The notes below the pieces were generated by a model that saw nothing but the letters and a program-made list of their open reading frames with translations, made no database searches and had not been told where the DNA came from. The position numbers and the translations under genes were made by a program. Below are positions 9,595 to 19,866 of a DNA stretch of 64,000 bases, in pieces. The stretch covers positions 18,552 to 82,551 of the IMG/VR virus record IMGVR_UViG_3300032283_000554, one strand, 5' to 3'. Origin of the DNA: a virus (lineage: Duplodnaviria > Caudoviricetes). Numbering within the stretch: the stretch's first letter is position 1; the number at the start of each line of letters is the position of its first letter.

Positions 9595-10650
9595 TTAAGA
9601 AGCAACCTTAACGTCTTTTACGACTACCCATGCATCTGCCTGCTCAATTTGGGTACCAACACGAGTATACATTGTATATTCGATTGAGTCCTTCTTTGGC
9701 CAGAAGAAGCGGTAAACAGTTACATCACGCTTGATACCAATAACAACGTTATTTGGGAATGTCAAGTGGACGTCTCCGTGCTCTCCTGTTGGTGTTGCAT
9801 ATGATCCTACCTGAGTTTCCTTAAGTAGTGGAACTTCAACAATTGGAATACCAAATGCGAATGGTGCTACGTATCCTGCTGGACCACCAAGTCCGCCTTC
9901 ATTTCCACGGATGATGCTTGAAGCGATATCCTGTGGGTTTGCAGAACCATAGTTACCCAACTGTGAAGTTGAGTACAAGTAGTCTTGAATTAGGTTTGAG
10001 CCTGCAAGGAAGCGTAGGTCTGGACGACGTTGCTTGTACTTACGTGGCATTGCCTTTAGAGCCTTGTTGAAGATGTCACGAGACACTGCTGCGCCCGCTC
10101 CAGCTACTACACGACCATTTGTCTTTGCAATCTTGACAATACCATCAAATGCCTTGTAAAGGTTATCTGAAGATAGTGCTGTGTTACCGTTAAGGACTAC
10201 GTCCTCTAGGTCGTTACCAGCCTGTGTTGCCATAAGTCTTGCAATGTGATCTTCTAGGTCAGCGCCTTCAATATTGTCTTCTAGAGACTCAGTTGAAAGT
10301 TCCCAATCTAGGCGAAGCTTCTTTGTTGTGAGAGAAATCTTTGAGAACTGTACGGCTGAATTTGTGCCAGTGTTCTCTGCTTCAGATGCAAGCTTCATAA
10401 GCTTTTCTCCGACGCCGATACGATCAATCTCTGTAGTGTCAGCTCTCATTCGAACTGTACGTGCTACTTTACCGATTACTGTTGCATCGAACATGTAATC
10501 GAGGAATCTTGCGGATTGCTCAGGATTGAGCAAGCCTCCCTTACCCTCGGAACCTACGTGAATTCCGTCGGTAGGGTTTGCTGCGCCAGTCATTCCACCT
10601 GTTAGTGTTGTGCCTGCTTCAGCTGCTTTTGCTAATAGTTCATTACTCAT
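9595..10650 (-). CDS. Major capsid protein (HK97 fold)
   Basis: GGLLNPEQSARFLDYMFD...KKLRLDWELSTESLEDNIEG...GNDLEDVVLNG; follows the protease; strong codon bias. Confidence 0.92.
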   Translation of the reverse strand: MSNELLAKAAEAGTTLTGGMTGAANPTDGIHVGSEGKGGLLNPEQSARFLDYMFDATVIGKVARTVRMRADTTEIDRIGVGEKLMKLASEAENTGTNSAVQFSKISLTTKKLRLDWELSTESLEDNIEGADLEDHIARLMATQAGNDLEDVVLNGNTALSSDNLYKAFDGIVKIAKTNGRVVAGAGAAVSRDIFNKALKAMPRKYKQRRPDLRFLAGSNLIQDYLYSTSQLGNYGSANPQDIASSIIRGNEGGLGGPAGYVAPFAFGIPIVEVPLLKETQVGSYATPTGEHGDVHLTFPNNVVIGIKRDVTVYRFFWPKKDSIEYTMYTRVGTQIEQADAWVVVKDVKVAS

Positions 10651-10667
10651 TAGTTTTCACCATACCC

Positions 10668-11981
10668 TTATTTTGTTAATTCGCTAACGGAACCGAGGAA
10701 AGTGCCGTTCCATTTTGATTTTTTGATTGTTACTCCTGTTGACCCGCCAAGGTCAGAGGACTTCTTGATTGCAGTGTCTGATTCTACTGCGTCTACTCTT
10801 TTTTCAACTGTGTCCATTATAGACTTAATTGAATCAACTGCTGTTGAGAGTTCTGTGTGCTTTTCTGCTAATTCTGAAATTCTCAAATCGACATTCTTGC
10901 TAAAAGCTTCGACTGTCTCCTTGATTGTTGAAACCTGAGCAGCGTTTGCCTCAGAGGCCTTTTCCAAAGTCTCTGAGAAGAAACCCTTAAGGTCGCCTAG
11001 CATTTTAACAAAGTCAGGTGATTCCTGAGATGTTAGTTCTGCTGATTTTTCCAGAACTTCGGCAGAAGTTACTTCAGCTACAATTTCAGCAGAATCTTGT
11101 TCTACTGGGGCAACTTCTTCAATAATTTCTGCAGGTGTTTCTACTACTGCTTCTTCTACTACTGGAGTTGCTTCTGTTACATTAAGCTTTTCCACTTCAT
11201 TTCCTCCTTCTGCAATTGCCGTATTTATATTTTGTGTTTCAGGCAATGTTTGCAATCTTGATCTACGTGAATCAAGAATCTTTTCTATTTCTTTTCCTTT
11301 GTTTACGTCGTTTGACTCTACCCATCCAATGAGCTCTGTCTTTTTTCCAGTAACTGGAGACAAGTATTCTGATTCTGTTGACATAAATACAGAATCGCTG
11401 TCTGCACAATAAAAAATATTTTCCATTTTAACATCTGCTGCAATGCCTTTAAAAATCATTTGTCCGTTTACCTTTTCAATAGAAAAAATGTTACATAGTT
11501 CATTTGCTGGTGAATCAACGATTGATAGTTCAACTAGTGCATAGTCTTTAATAAATCTTACTGATGCTCCTGTTGATTTGTTTACTTCGTTATCTGATTC
11601 AAGAATCTTTCCGCCGATAGAAAAACCAGTTAGGGTTCCGTCTAGAACCTTCTCCCATGTATCCTGAGCGCCTTTTGAAATGTATGCATCAACGTAAACT
11701 CCGTTGTAAAATTCTTTTGTTATTGGGTCGTAAAAAGTCTCTGGTCTAAATGAAGCAACCTTGCCAACTGCGAGTGGCTGATGCATTTCTCTTAGGTTTC
11801 CTCTAAAACCTTCAAACGCTTTCATACTTGCTTCTTGTGTAACGACGTCACCAGTCTGATCCAGGTTGTCTAATGTTGCAAACCCTGAGACTGTTCTTTT
11901 TTCTCTATTGACCTTTGTAAATGGAATTGATAAATTAATAGCATTTCCATTAGCGGACCAATGTGACTTTTCTATGATCAT
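10668..11981 (-). CDS. Prohead maturation protease fused to acidic/coiled-coil scaffold
   Basis: RTVSGFATLDNLDQTGDVV...REMHQP...GFSIGG...ELSIVDSPAN, then an E/V/P-rich linker and coiled coil. Confidence 0.88.
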   Translation of the reverse strand: MIIEKSHWSANGNAINLSIPFTKVNREKRTVSGFATLDNLDQTGDVVTQEASMKAFEGFRGNLREMHQPLAVGKVASFRPETFYDPITKEFYNGVYVDAYISKGAQDTWEKVLDGTLTGFSIGGKILESDNEVNKSTGASVRFIKDYALVELSIVDSPANELCNIFSIEKVNGQMIFKGIAADVKMENIFYCADSDSVFMSTESEYLSPVTGKKTELIGWVESNDVNKGKEIEKILDSRRSRLQTLPETQNINTAIAEGGNEVEKLNVTEATPVVEEAVVETPAEIIEEVAPVEQDSAEIVAEVTSAEVLEKSAELTSQESPDFVKMLGDLKGFFSETLEKASEANAAQVSTIKETVEAFSKNVDLRISELAEKHTELSTAVDSIKSIMDTVEKRVDAVESDTAIKKSSDLGGSTGVTIKKSKWNGTFLGSVSELTK

Positions 11982-12036
11982 ATGTATATATTATAGAGAT
12001 TGTTGTATCAAAAGGCAAATAAGTAGTTGAGTAGAA

Positions 12037-13617
12037 CTAGTTGACTTGTCTTCCATCTCCCTTTGCATTTCTGCCCTCCCCAGATTTATCTGGAGAATTG
12101 GCAGATCTTTCTTGGTCACGAGTTCTGCTTTGGGTTGCTTGGGCTTTAATTTCAGCTGCTTGGGCTGCAAGATCTACTGGGACATCTCCGCCTTCTCTTG
12201 GAACCATTCCCATTCTTACTCTAATTTCATTTGGAGTTATTACCTGGAATCTAAGATATCTTTCATCAATCTTTGATTGGGTATCAGCATCTGTCAAACT
12301 TAATTCATTAAATTTAAGTTCTAGGGCATCCGTCATTTCTTGAATTATCTTATTCAATTTCTTTTCTAGGTTTTCTTGGGCTGGGCGACAAACCTGCTCT
12401 TTAAATGTCTTGTCTGCATCTCTAGCGGCAGCCAAATTAATACCAGCTGGGGTACCAATTTTATTAATTGGAACTCTGTGAGCCATTAATATTTCATCTC
12501 TATTTGAGCCTCTGTATTTTTCAAATGAGCCTTCCTGTGCTCCTGCCTCAATTGGCTCCATTTTAAATTCAGTTTTTGAGTCTGGAGAATCTGGAGGAAG
12601 TGGAATATATAGAGATCTGTGGTTCTTTCCTCTTAGTCCTACCTGGAAAAACTCAAGTAATTTTCTTTCTGATTCTGGTGAAAGCTTTGCGCCTTTTACT
12701 GTAATAATATATCTTGGTACCGCCTTATTTTCAAAGTAGTCTAGGTTATATTTACCAGCAAATTCATTACCAGCCATTGCATTTTGTGCAGCAATAATAT
12801 CTGGAATTCCATAATAGTTATTCTTTGGAGTGTACTTCTTTATATGAATAATTTCATTTGGTCTATCTTCTTGACCTGCTATTGGATTAACTGTTTTAGT
12901 GTCTCCAAAGTTTCTAAAGTATACTGCCTTGCCATAAAGAAGCTGTATGAATCCGTCTCTGAAGCGTCTTACACGCATTGTCTTTGATGGGATATGACCA
13001 ATGTACCCTATCTTACCAGTCGTCGTTCTACCGACCTCCAGATAGCCATTACCAGTGGCTTCGTAGTCAGTGTAGAACTTAATAAGTGTTTCTTTAAATG
13101 TTTCATCCTCATTGCAATCCTCAAGCCATTGGTGAAGGTCTTGCTTAATTCTATTTAACTTTTTACGAGCTCTTTCTAGCTGTCTTTCATCTTCAATATC
13201 TTCAAGTGTGTCTGTAGTTTTCTTTGACTCAATAAAATCAAAACCTAGACCAACAATGTTAGCAACCTTTGCATTTATTGCAGCGTAGTTGTATGGTGAA
13301 ATTTCATAAATTGTTGAAAGATAGTCAAGGTTATATTCTGGTTGAATTAAATCAAATGTGGCATATCCGCTTACTGCTTGCTGATGTTGAAGTTGCTGGC
13401 TTACTGATCCGTCTTTTCCAACAAAAGCTTTTTGAATATCTCTAGAAACCTTTCTTCTAAAGGATGCTCCTAGGCCAGAAAGCTTTAGCAATTCTTCTGC
13501 ATCTATATCAAATAGGTCATCAGTTTTTTGCGTTGTTGGGTTATTAAATTTCATCCAATCAGCGACATTAGATATTTCTACGCTATCTGCAACTGCATCT
13601 TCATCATGCTCAATCAT
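12037..13617 (-). CDS. Portal protein (PBSX/HK97-like)
   Basis: DYEATGNGYLEV...NEIIHIKKYTP..YYGIPD...YFENKAVP...ITPNEIRVRMG. Confidence 0.92.
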   Translation of the reverse strand: MIEHDEDAVADSVEISNVADWMKFNNPTTQKTDDLFDIDAEELLKLSGLGASFRRKVSRDIQKAFVGKDGSVSQQLQHQQAVSGYATFDLIQPEYNLDYLSTIYEISPYNYAAINAKVANIVGLGFDFIESKKTTDTLEDIEDERQLERARKKLNRIKQDLHQWLEDCNEDETFKETLIKFYTDYEATGNGYLEVGRTTTGKIGYIGHIPSKTMRVRRFRDGFIQLLYGKAVYFRNFGDTKTVNPIAGQEDRPNEIIHIKKYTPKNNYYGIPDIIAAQNAMAGNEFAGKYNLDYFENKAVPRYIITVKGAKLSPESERKLLEFFQVGLRGKNHRSLYIPLPPDSPDSKTEFKMEPIEAGAQEGSFEKYRGSNRDEILMAHRVPINKIGTPAGINLAAARDADKTFKEQVCRPAQENLEKKLNKIIQEMTDALELKFNELSLTDADTQSKIDERYLRFQVITPNEIRVRMGMVPREGGDVPVDLAAQAAEIKAQATQSRTRDQERSANSPDKSGEGRNAKGDGRQVN

Positions 13618-13958
13618 TTTTTAGGACCCCTAAGTTTAGCCATTTCTTCCTTATGGACTCCTATGTCCAATGGATCTGGGGTAAGACCCCATCTTAATCT
13701 TTGCTTTTGATATTCAAATTCTTCGTCATCAATTTGTCGGCTGCCTTCAATAAACTTTGGCTGGCCTTCTTCAATTCCATAATGGGCAACTGCCTTTGCT
13801 AGCAATGCAATTCTTTCTTTATTGCCAAACATAGATGTTATTGACAGGAAGCTGTTGTCTTCGTCACCGATCCATCTTCCGTCAGGCATCTCCCAGACAT
13901 AGACTCCTAGCCTAGTCTCGCCAGATTTCATTTGAGCATTAATTCTTTTTATGTCCAT
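13614..13958 (-). CDS. Hypothetical virion-module protein
   Basis: 114 aa overlapping the portal start; preceded by an extended -10 element. Confidence 0.6.
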   Translation of the reverse strand: MDIKRINAQMKSGETRLGVYVWEMPDGRWIGDEDNSFLSITSMFGNKERIALLAKAVAHYGIEEGQPKFIEGSRQIDDEEFEYQKQRLRWGLTPDPLDIGVHKEEMAKLRGPKK

Positions 13959-14021
13959 AGTTAATTATTTTACCATTCTTATATACATAAGTCCAGCTTT
14001 TTGTCACTCAACCTGACAAAA

Positions 14022-15785
14022 TTATATAATCTGGAACACAGCCCTGTCTCTGGAGTATGTTGAGACTGACTCTTCTGTCATGCTCATTGACGAATCGCTC
14101 CCAACGAATAAAGTTTTGCCTGTGTAAAGGTCATAGTGCTCTTGGTGGCTAATTAATGGGTCTGAGTATAGGGCAATGTTTTGATAAAGGTTATCATCAA
14201 GCACACCAGATCTCACTCCTAATAGTTGCTTTCCGTTAAACCAAATTTGTCCATTTATTACAGAAGCTGTTTTTATAAGTATATAATTGGGCTCATCTAT
14301 ATATAAGTATGAGGATATGTTTGTTGCTGAAGATGCATCTTGCCCATTTATATAGATATTACTAATGTTGGATTTTGATATCACCCCGCCTGCCGCCCAG
14401 GAGAGTGAGGTCTCTGTAGATCCAGGTTTGTTGAATATCAAATGTCCGCTAGACAATGATTTTGGAGTAAATATCATTTCAATATTTCTAACATCATTTG
14501 ATGAGTTTATAAAAAATGCTGAAGACTTTGGTCTTATTCCATTATCATAATTTCTAGTTCTAACTGGATATTTATTATTTGATATGTCAAAATCCCAGAT
14601 AGTTCCAGTAGTGGGCTGTGATGTAGACAAGATGCCGCTACCGTTGTGAGAAAACATTTTCTTTTCAGAATGGAAATAAATTTTTAAATAATATAGCTCT
14701 GGAATATATCTATCTGAATTAGTTGATGAAAAAACTACTTTAAAGTACAGTATTTTTTGTGAAGAAAAACTAGATCCTTGTGTAAATCCTGGTATAGATG
14801 ATCCATTTACACATATAGTCCATGGGCCAGTCTCGGATGTTTCTGATACATATACCGAAACCCCTTTTGATGCCATCCATTCTATTTTTGAGGATACATA
14901 TTGATTTGTAATATTTAATACTAAATCTTCTACAAATTCTCCAGTAGTAAATCCTGAATTTAAATATAAACTATTGTTAATTGAGTTATAAGCCAATGCC
15001 TCATTGTCGTATATAAGATCTTTCCATAATATTTGAACTGGATAAACATATCTTGTTTTTATATCTTGATATCTTTCTGCGCCCCTAAATAGCTCTCCCA
15101 GATCTGGTCCTGGGATTTGCTCATCATTAATTAAAAATAAATTATTGTAGTGAGATAATATTGAATTTGCAGAAAGAGCATATCTATAAACCGCTGGGCA
15201 ATCAATTAAAAAATATTGATCTCCTGTGGCTGGGCCACATGACAGGGTTATGCTTGTGTTTGTAAAAGATATTGATATCGTCTTATTCGCAACTAGCAAT
15301 CCGTCTACATACAAACTCATTGAGTCTACTGAATATACACCAACAACATGAATTACTCTATTTGAATTAGGAACAGAGTAATCAACTCTTTCATTTTCTA
15401 ATTTAAATACTACATTGCCATTATCCCAATACAAACCAATGCCGTCAGAATCTGCAAATATTGGAGTTACTGATGTTAATGTTTTTGGATGAAACCATGC
15501 CTCAAGGGTAAAATCGTTATCAGAGGTTGAAACGGTTGCAAATCCTCCAGTACCAGTGGTGCCAGAAAAATCTTTTGAAATAGCAAACTGTATTGATTTA
15601 GAGCTATCTATTTTATTTGTGTGTTTGCCACCACCAACTATTGGCATTCCAGATATTCCAATTCCACCTACATACGATCCGTTATTTCCACATCCAGAAC
15701 TATCGTAGGCGGTGGTGCCAGAAGTTTCATCTAGCTTCCATAGTCCAGTAGGAGAGTCTTTTATTGTAGAAAGATAGTATGACAT
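14022..15785 (-). CDS. LamG/concanavalin-like domain virion protein
   Basis: PTGLWKLDETSGTTAYDSSG...FTLEAW...HVVGVY...LYVDG...AVYRYALS..I..HY. Confidence 0.75.
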   Translation of the reverse strand: MSYYLSTIKDSPTGLWKLDETSGTTAYDSSGCGNNGSYVGGIGISGMPIVGGGKHTNKIDSSKSIQFAISKDFSGTTGTGGFATVSTSDNDFTLEAWFHPKTLTSVTPIFADSDGIGLYWDNGNVVFKLENERVDYSVPNSNRVIHVVGVYSVDSMSLYVDGLLVANKTISISFTNTSITLSCGPATGDQYFLIDCPAVYRYALSANSILSHYNNLFLINDEQIPGPDLGELFRGAERYQDIKTRYVYPVQILWKDLIYDNEALAYNSINNSLYLNSGFTTGEFVEDLVLNITNQYVSSKIEWMASKGVSVYVSETSETGPWTICVNGSSIPGFTQGSSFSSQKILYFKVVFSSTNSDRYIPELYYLKIYFHSEKKMFSHNGSGILSTSQPTTGTIWDFDISNNKYPVRTRNYDNGIRPKSSAFFINSSNDVRNIEMIFTPKSLSSGHLIFNKPGSTETSLSWAAGGVISKSNISNIYINGQDASSATNISSYLYIDEPNYILIKTASVINGQIWFNGKQLLGVRSGVLDDNLYQNIALYSDPLISHQEHYDLYTGKTLFVGSDSSMSMTEESVSTYSRDRAVFQII

Positions 15786-15952
15786 TATTTCCTAAAGAAT
15801 ATCTTTTTTAATTTTTTAAATACGCTAAAGACATCCTTCTTATTTTTTTCATAAGCCTTATCTGTTCTCTCAATAAAGGCATGACTTTTAAAGTATGGGT
15901 TAAATTGAACATCTGTAAAATGTCTTCTAGGGATTCTTTTATAAGGAGTCAT
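15785..15952 (-). CDS. Small basic hypothetical protein (55 aa)
   Basis: MTPYKRIPRRHFTDVQFNPYF..., read manually; TATAAT just upstream. Confidence 0.5.
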   Translation of the reverse strand: MTPYKRIPRRHFTDVQFNPYFKSHAFIERTDKAYEKNKKDVFSVFKKLKKIFFRK

Positions 15953-15983
15953 ATTTAATATTATACTACAATAAGTCCTAAAA

Positions 15984-16448
15984 TCAACAGTCTAGCTTTT
16001 TGTCAATTCCCAAATTTGATAAGAATCTCTCTGGGTTAAATCTCCAGTTATCTTTGGCAAATGAGGTCATTATCTCCATACAGGTATTCTCATATGCTTG
16101 AATTGAAATTAAAGGCTTTAGGCCTAATAAGGTTTCTGTAACATCTATATAGTTTGTTCTTAAGAATGTTGGGTCTCCTGCCTGATTTCTCTTAAACACC
16201 TTTTCATTTATTTTGCCTGTAGGCTCATATAGCCTAACTGTAAGATATTGTTTTGCAAATCCCCAGTCGTTGTACATATTGTATGCTTCTGCTGCCTCTA
16301 TAGCATTTGGGAAGAATATAATTGATCTTGCTGGCTCTTCCCCATCTCTTGCAATTGTAAGCATATAGGCATCGGACTTTTTATTTGCTACAGTCTCAAT
16401 GTACTCTTTAACAACATCGTGATGCTCTTGCTTTAGCTGTCCGCTCAT
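15984..16448 (-). CDS. Hypothetical protein
   Basis: 154 aa ORF continuing the operon. Confidence 0.6.
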   Translation of the reverse strand: MSGQLKQEHHDVVKEYIETVANKKSDAYMLTIARDGEEPARSIIFFPNAIEAAEAYNMYNDWGFAKQYLTVRLYEPTGKINEKVFKRNQAGDPTFLRTNYIDVTETLLGLKPLISIQAYENTCMEIMTSFAKDNWRFNPERFLSNLGIDKKLDC

Positions 16449-17048
16449 TTATGTCCACGCCATCTTAAATTTTTCTCTAAAATCCAAATACGGTATAGCG
16501 TATGGATCTACCCACCAATCTTCATGCCACTCTCTAACAACTAGCTTATAACCAAATGAAGAAAGAATTTCTCTTTGCGCCTCACGCATTCCCTTATTGT
16601 TATATTCAATTTGAGAGTCATGTTCAAAAGTAATTACAGAAAACCTATACTTGCTTAAAGGAATAGCAAGTAGTCCGTGTAAAGTTAAGTAGGGATTTCC
16701 CACAGAGTTTCCTTCTGGGGTATACCCAGCATCTATGTCAACCTGCAAGTAGTCTATTTGTTTTGGAAAGTTATTGTCTTCAAAATAGGAAAGATAATTA
16801 AAATGTGTTGCGTCTCCCAAAATGCATGGATTTTTTCTATTTGAAACAAACTCTGCGTGTCTTTCTGGGTCTATTTCAAATGAAACACCGTTCCATTTAT
16901 AATCTGTTTCTAGATGATAGGTGTTGCTTCCTTTTTTAGAATCAAATGCACCTAGCTCTACGTAGTAACCATTTTCTTTATTTTTAAGTAAATCCAGCAC
17001 AAATCTTTCTTGTCCACTATTTCCCTTATACTCCATGATATTCTCCAA
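16449..17048 (-). CDS. FkbM-like SAM-dependent methyltransferase
   Basis: GQERFVL...GYYVELGA...SNTYHLE...WNGVSFE...IDYLQVDID...ITFEHD. Confidence 0.75.
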   Translation of the reverse strand: MENIMEYKGNSGQERFVLDLLKNKENGYYVELGAFDSKKGSNTYHLETDYKWNGVSFEIDPERHAEFVSNRKNPCILGDATHFNYLSYFEDNNFPKQIDYLQVDIDAGYTPEGNSVGNPYLTLHGLLAIPLSKYRFSVITFEHDSQIEYNNKGMREAQREILSSFGYKLVVREWHEDWWVDPYAIPYLDFREKFKMAWT

Positions 17049-17619
17049 ATAAGTCTTCGTTTAATGATATACCTTTATCATCAACGTGATGTTTTGCAAA
17101 TACTGTTGATATATATCTAACTACATCATTTTTTACTGGCTTTGTACCATGTAAAATTTTCCCGCCATGAATAACCAGTGATCTACTTTTTGGTTTGTGC
17201 ACTATATTTAAATCAGGATACTCTAATTCACCGCCGCTGTAGTCATCATTATAATAAAGAACAGCACCATAAAATACCTTTTGACTAGAAGCCCTATGGC
17301 CCTCATGATCATCAGTGTGAAGTCCAAGGAAGTCATCCATTCGATATCTTTGTAAATTTATTCCAGTAACATCAACATTGCCAGAAAACAGTGCAGATAT
17401 TCTATTATAAAAATCTAAAAAAATACTACATGAATTTACAGATTTTCTATTTAAAACTTTAGAATCCCAAAACTCATATGTTAGATCTTCTTCATGCCAC
17501 TCAGAATCATTTCTAAGATTTATAAATTGCATTACCTGATCAAGCTCTTCTTCTGTTATAAAGTTTTGTATTTCATAAACTTGATCAGATAACTTTGCAA
17601 TTTTATAGTCTAACATCAA
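17026..17619 (-). CDS. 2OG-Fe(II) oxygenase (prolyl-4-hydroxylase-like)
   Basis: HTD...VLYYNDDYSGGEL...HGTKPV...RY. Confidence 0.85.
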   Translation of the reverse strand: MMLDYKIAKLSDQVYEIQNFITEEELDQVMQFINLRNDSEWHEEDLTYEFWDSKVLNRKSVNSCSIFLDFYNRISALFSGNVDVTGINLQRYRMDDFLGLHTDDHEGHRASSQKVFYGAVLYYNDDYSGGELEYPDLNIVHKPKSRSLVIHGGKILHGTKPVKNDVVRYISTVFAKHHVDDKGISLNEDLFGEYHGV

Positions 17620-17624
17620 CTACA

Positions 17625-18383
17625 TTATTCTTGGTTTTGTTCGTGGTACTGCTTAATGTATTCTTCTGATGGTCCACCTGGGCCTCCAACAACATACCCA
17701 TCAACAAAGATAAATCCAGGAGTGATAAACTTGTCTCCTGATTTCATTATGTGTACCTGATGCTTATAAGGATCTGTTGACGGGAATATTAATGCGCTTC
17801 CAGCCTTTGGCTTTGCAGTAAATGTAACCATATCTTTAGTTCTTGGATCTAGCGCATCATCTGGTGGTCTAAGGTGACCATTCATTTCTAATCTTAGGTC
17901 TTCTGGTCGGATAACGAATGATATCTCTCCACCTTCGTAGTCATCGTTCCAGTAAATAATAATTGACCATTCTAAGCTGTTGTCTCCAGCTTGTCTGTCA
18001 AAGTGGGCGCCCATAGCACAACCTTCAATATATTTCTGAATGCCAACAAATGGTGATACGTTTGGAACACCCTTAAGACCTCTATCAACAATAAAAGATT
18101 CTGATATATTCTTAATAGCATTTCTAATTGTTGATATGATAAAGTCTACATCTTTTCTTATATCTTCATCTAAATTTTCTACCTCAGAAAGATTAAAATC
18201 CTTTTTCTTTCCAAAGATGTTACCGTCTCTGCTGCTTGAATTCCAGTTTTTCCATCTTGGAATAACCTTGTGAACTCTTTCATCAGAATCTAGCTTATTT
18301 ATCAAATCAATAATTGCCTGGGGGTTCTCAATTACATCTGAATACATGTAAACATTTTCATGTAATTTTTCTTCTAGCTTCAT
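17625..18383 (-). CDS. 2OG-Fe(II) oxygenase (prolyl-4-hydroxylase-like)
   Basis: HFD...[12 protein letters not shown]...FPS..PYKHQV...KF. Confidence 0.85.
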   Translation of the reverse strand: MKLEEKLHENVYMYSDVIENPQAIIDLINKLDSDERVHKVIPRWKNWNSSSRDGNIFGKKKDFNLSEVENLDEDIRKDVDFIISTIRNAIKNISESFIVDRGLKGVPNVSPFVGIQKYIEGCAMGAHFDRQAGDNSLEWSIIIYWNDDYEGGEISFVIRPEDLRLEMNGHLRPPDDALDPRTKDMVTFTAKPKAGSALIFPSTDPYKHQVHIMKSGDKFITPGFIFVDGYVVGGPGGPSEEYIKQYHEQNQE

Positions 18384-19126
18384 TTGTCGTTCTCCTCTAT
18401 TTTATATTTATTTCCATCTAGATCTATTCGGTATCCTTCTTTTAATGCATCTTGCCATTCTGACTTTATAACTTCCTGCTCTTCTCTAATTTTTTTCATT
18501 TCTGCATCCCAAGCGTCTATTGTTTCTTGTGGATATGATTCTGGTGACCGATCATCCCAAAATGAACCTAGAGTGTATCTTATTCCAGAAGTTATCATTG
18601 TAACCTCATGAGTATTATCAAAGCCACCTGCAAAAGATGTAAGTGTGCCAGTCTCTGGAACTAGTGTATGGTTTTGTTTATTAAATATTAGATTGCCACC
18701 TTCAAAATCATCATTTAGATACAAGAAAGCTGCGTATCTACTTCTTTCAAACGGGCCTGTGTTTCCCTGTAAGTCTGTATTATCTGAGTGTTCTTTTGCG
18801 TAAGCTCCAGGCTCCCATTTTTGAGCATGAAATCCAATCTTGTGAATATCTGAAGAAGGCTTGTTGTGTACCTCAGCAACTGCATCAATAATCTTATTTT
18901 GAAGTGTAGAGAAAAAATCTGAAGCTAAACCAAATTGTTCTAGCTCCTCGTCACCGTCTTGTGGCAAGACAGAAGAGTATGATTCGTAAAAAGTGATTGG
19001 AGTCCATGACAATTTTTCATTTGCAACTTGAGCCTCTAAAACTTTTATTATTGCAGAAGATTCTTCTTTTGTTAAAAAGTTTTTAAATACTAAAATATCT
19101 GCTGTTAATCTTTCTGAAGTACTCAT
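18380..19126 (-). CDS. 2OG-Fe(II) oxygenase (prolyl-4-hydroxylase-like)
   Basis: HSD...LYLNDDFEGGNL...HEV...RY. Confidence 0.85.
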   Translation of the reverse strand: MSTSERLTADILVFKNFLTKEESSAIIKVLEAQVANEKLSWTPITFYESYSSVLPQDGDEELEQFGLASDFFSTLQNKIIDAVAEVHNKPSSDIHKIGFHAQKWEPGAYAKEHSDNTDLQGNTGPFERSRYAAFLYLNDDFEGGNLIFNKQNHTLVPETGTLTSFAGGFDNTHEVTMITSGIRYTLGSFWDDRSPESYPQETIDAWDAEMKKIREEQEVIKSEWQDALKEGYRIDLDGNKYKIEENDK

Positions 19127-19854
19127 TTATTTATATCTCCATCTAGTAGTGTTCTATAATATTTTTTATTTGGGTCTGGTTGATTTTCTCCAGTATGCTC
19201 TAGTATTTCCCAGAAAAATGGACAGGTGTATCTAATTGCACCTTTAATTTCAGTTACTCCGTGAATATAATTCATATCGCCTGGGAAAAAATAGGCTGCT
19301 CCCTTTTTAGGTTTAAATTGAACACCTTGTAAAGGAAAATACAATTCTCCACCTTCGTAGTCATCGTTTAAATAAAATAAACTTGAAAGGTCGTAGTATG
19401 GGAAATCATTTGGTAATCCAATATCTGGAAGCTCATGAAGCTCTTTATCTGCATGTGGTTTTTGGAACTGTCCAGGAAGCCAGCGAACAATTGTTGTTCC
19501 TGTTGGGGTCACTTTAACTTTATAGAAATCTTCAACAATTGGCTTTAGTCTTTCAAACAGACCTTGAAGAATGGGTCTAATTTCTGGATCATTTTTATCT
19601 AGAGATGGGCTTGTGCAAACTCTGTCTTTCCAGTAATTAGCATCATATACGGTTGTACCATTTTCATTAACATGGCTTTCTGTTACATCCCAAATAGTTA
19701 TTTTTCTAGCAGCTGCCTCAAGAAAATCCATCTCTTCTTGAGTCATAAAGTTTTCCAGTTCAACTATCATGTCCTTGCCATACCCAAAGAATCCAGAGGG
19801 CGTGAGAGATGGTGTCTTGTATACTACTGAAGCATCCTGATTTGTTGAGTTCAT
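19123..19854 (-). CDS. 2OG-Fe(II) oxygenase (prolyl-4-hydroxylase-like)
   Basis: HAD...[11 protein letters not shown]...HGV...RY. Confidence 0.88.
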   Translation of the reverse strand: MNSTNQDASVVYKTPSLTPSGFFGYGKDMIVELENFMTQEEMDFLEAAARKITIWDVTESHVNENGTTVYDANYWKDRVCTSPSLDKNDPEIRPILQGLFERLKPIVEDFYKVKVTPTGTTIVRWLPGQFQKPHADKELHELPDIGLPNDFPYYDLSSLFYLNDDYEGGELYFPLQGVQFKPKKGAAYFFPGDMNYIHGVTEIKGAIRYTCPFFWEILEHTGENQPDPNKKYYRTLLDGDINK

Positions 19855-19866
19855 TTTTCTATTATA

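Noticed and set aside
13614-15785. Terminase expected upstream of the portal
   Set aside because: Neither ORF has Walker A/B or nuclease motifs; the terminase presumably lies outside this window.
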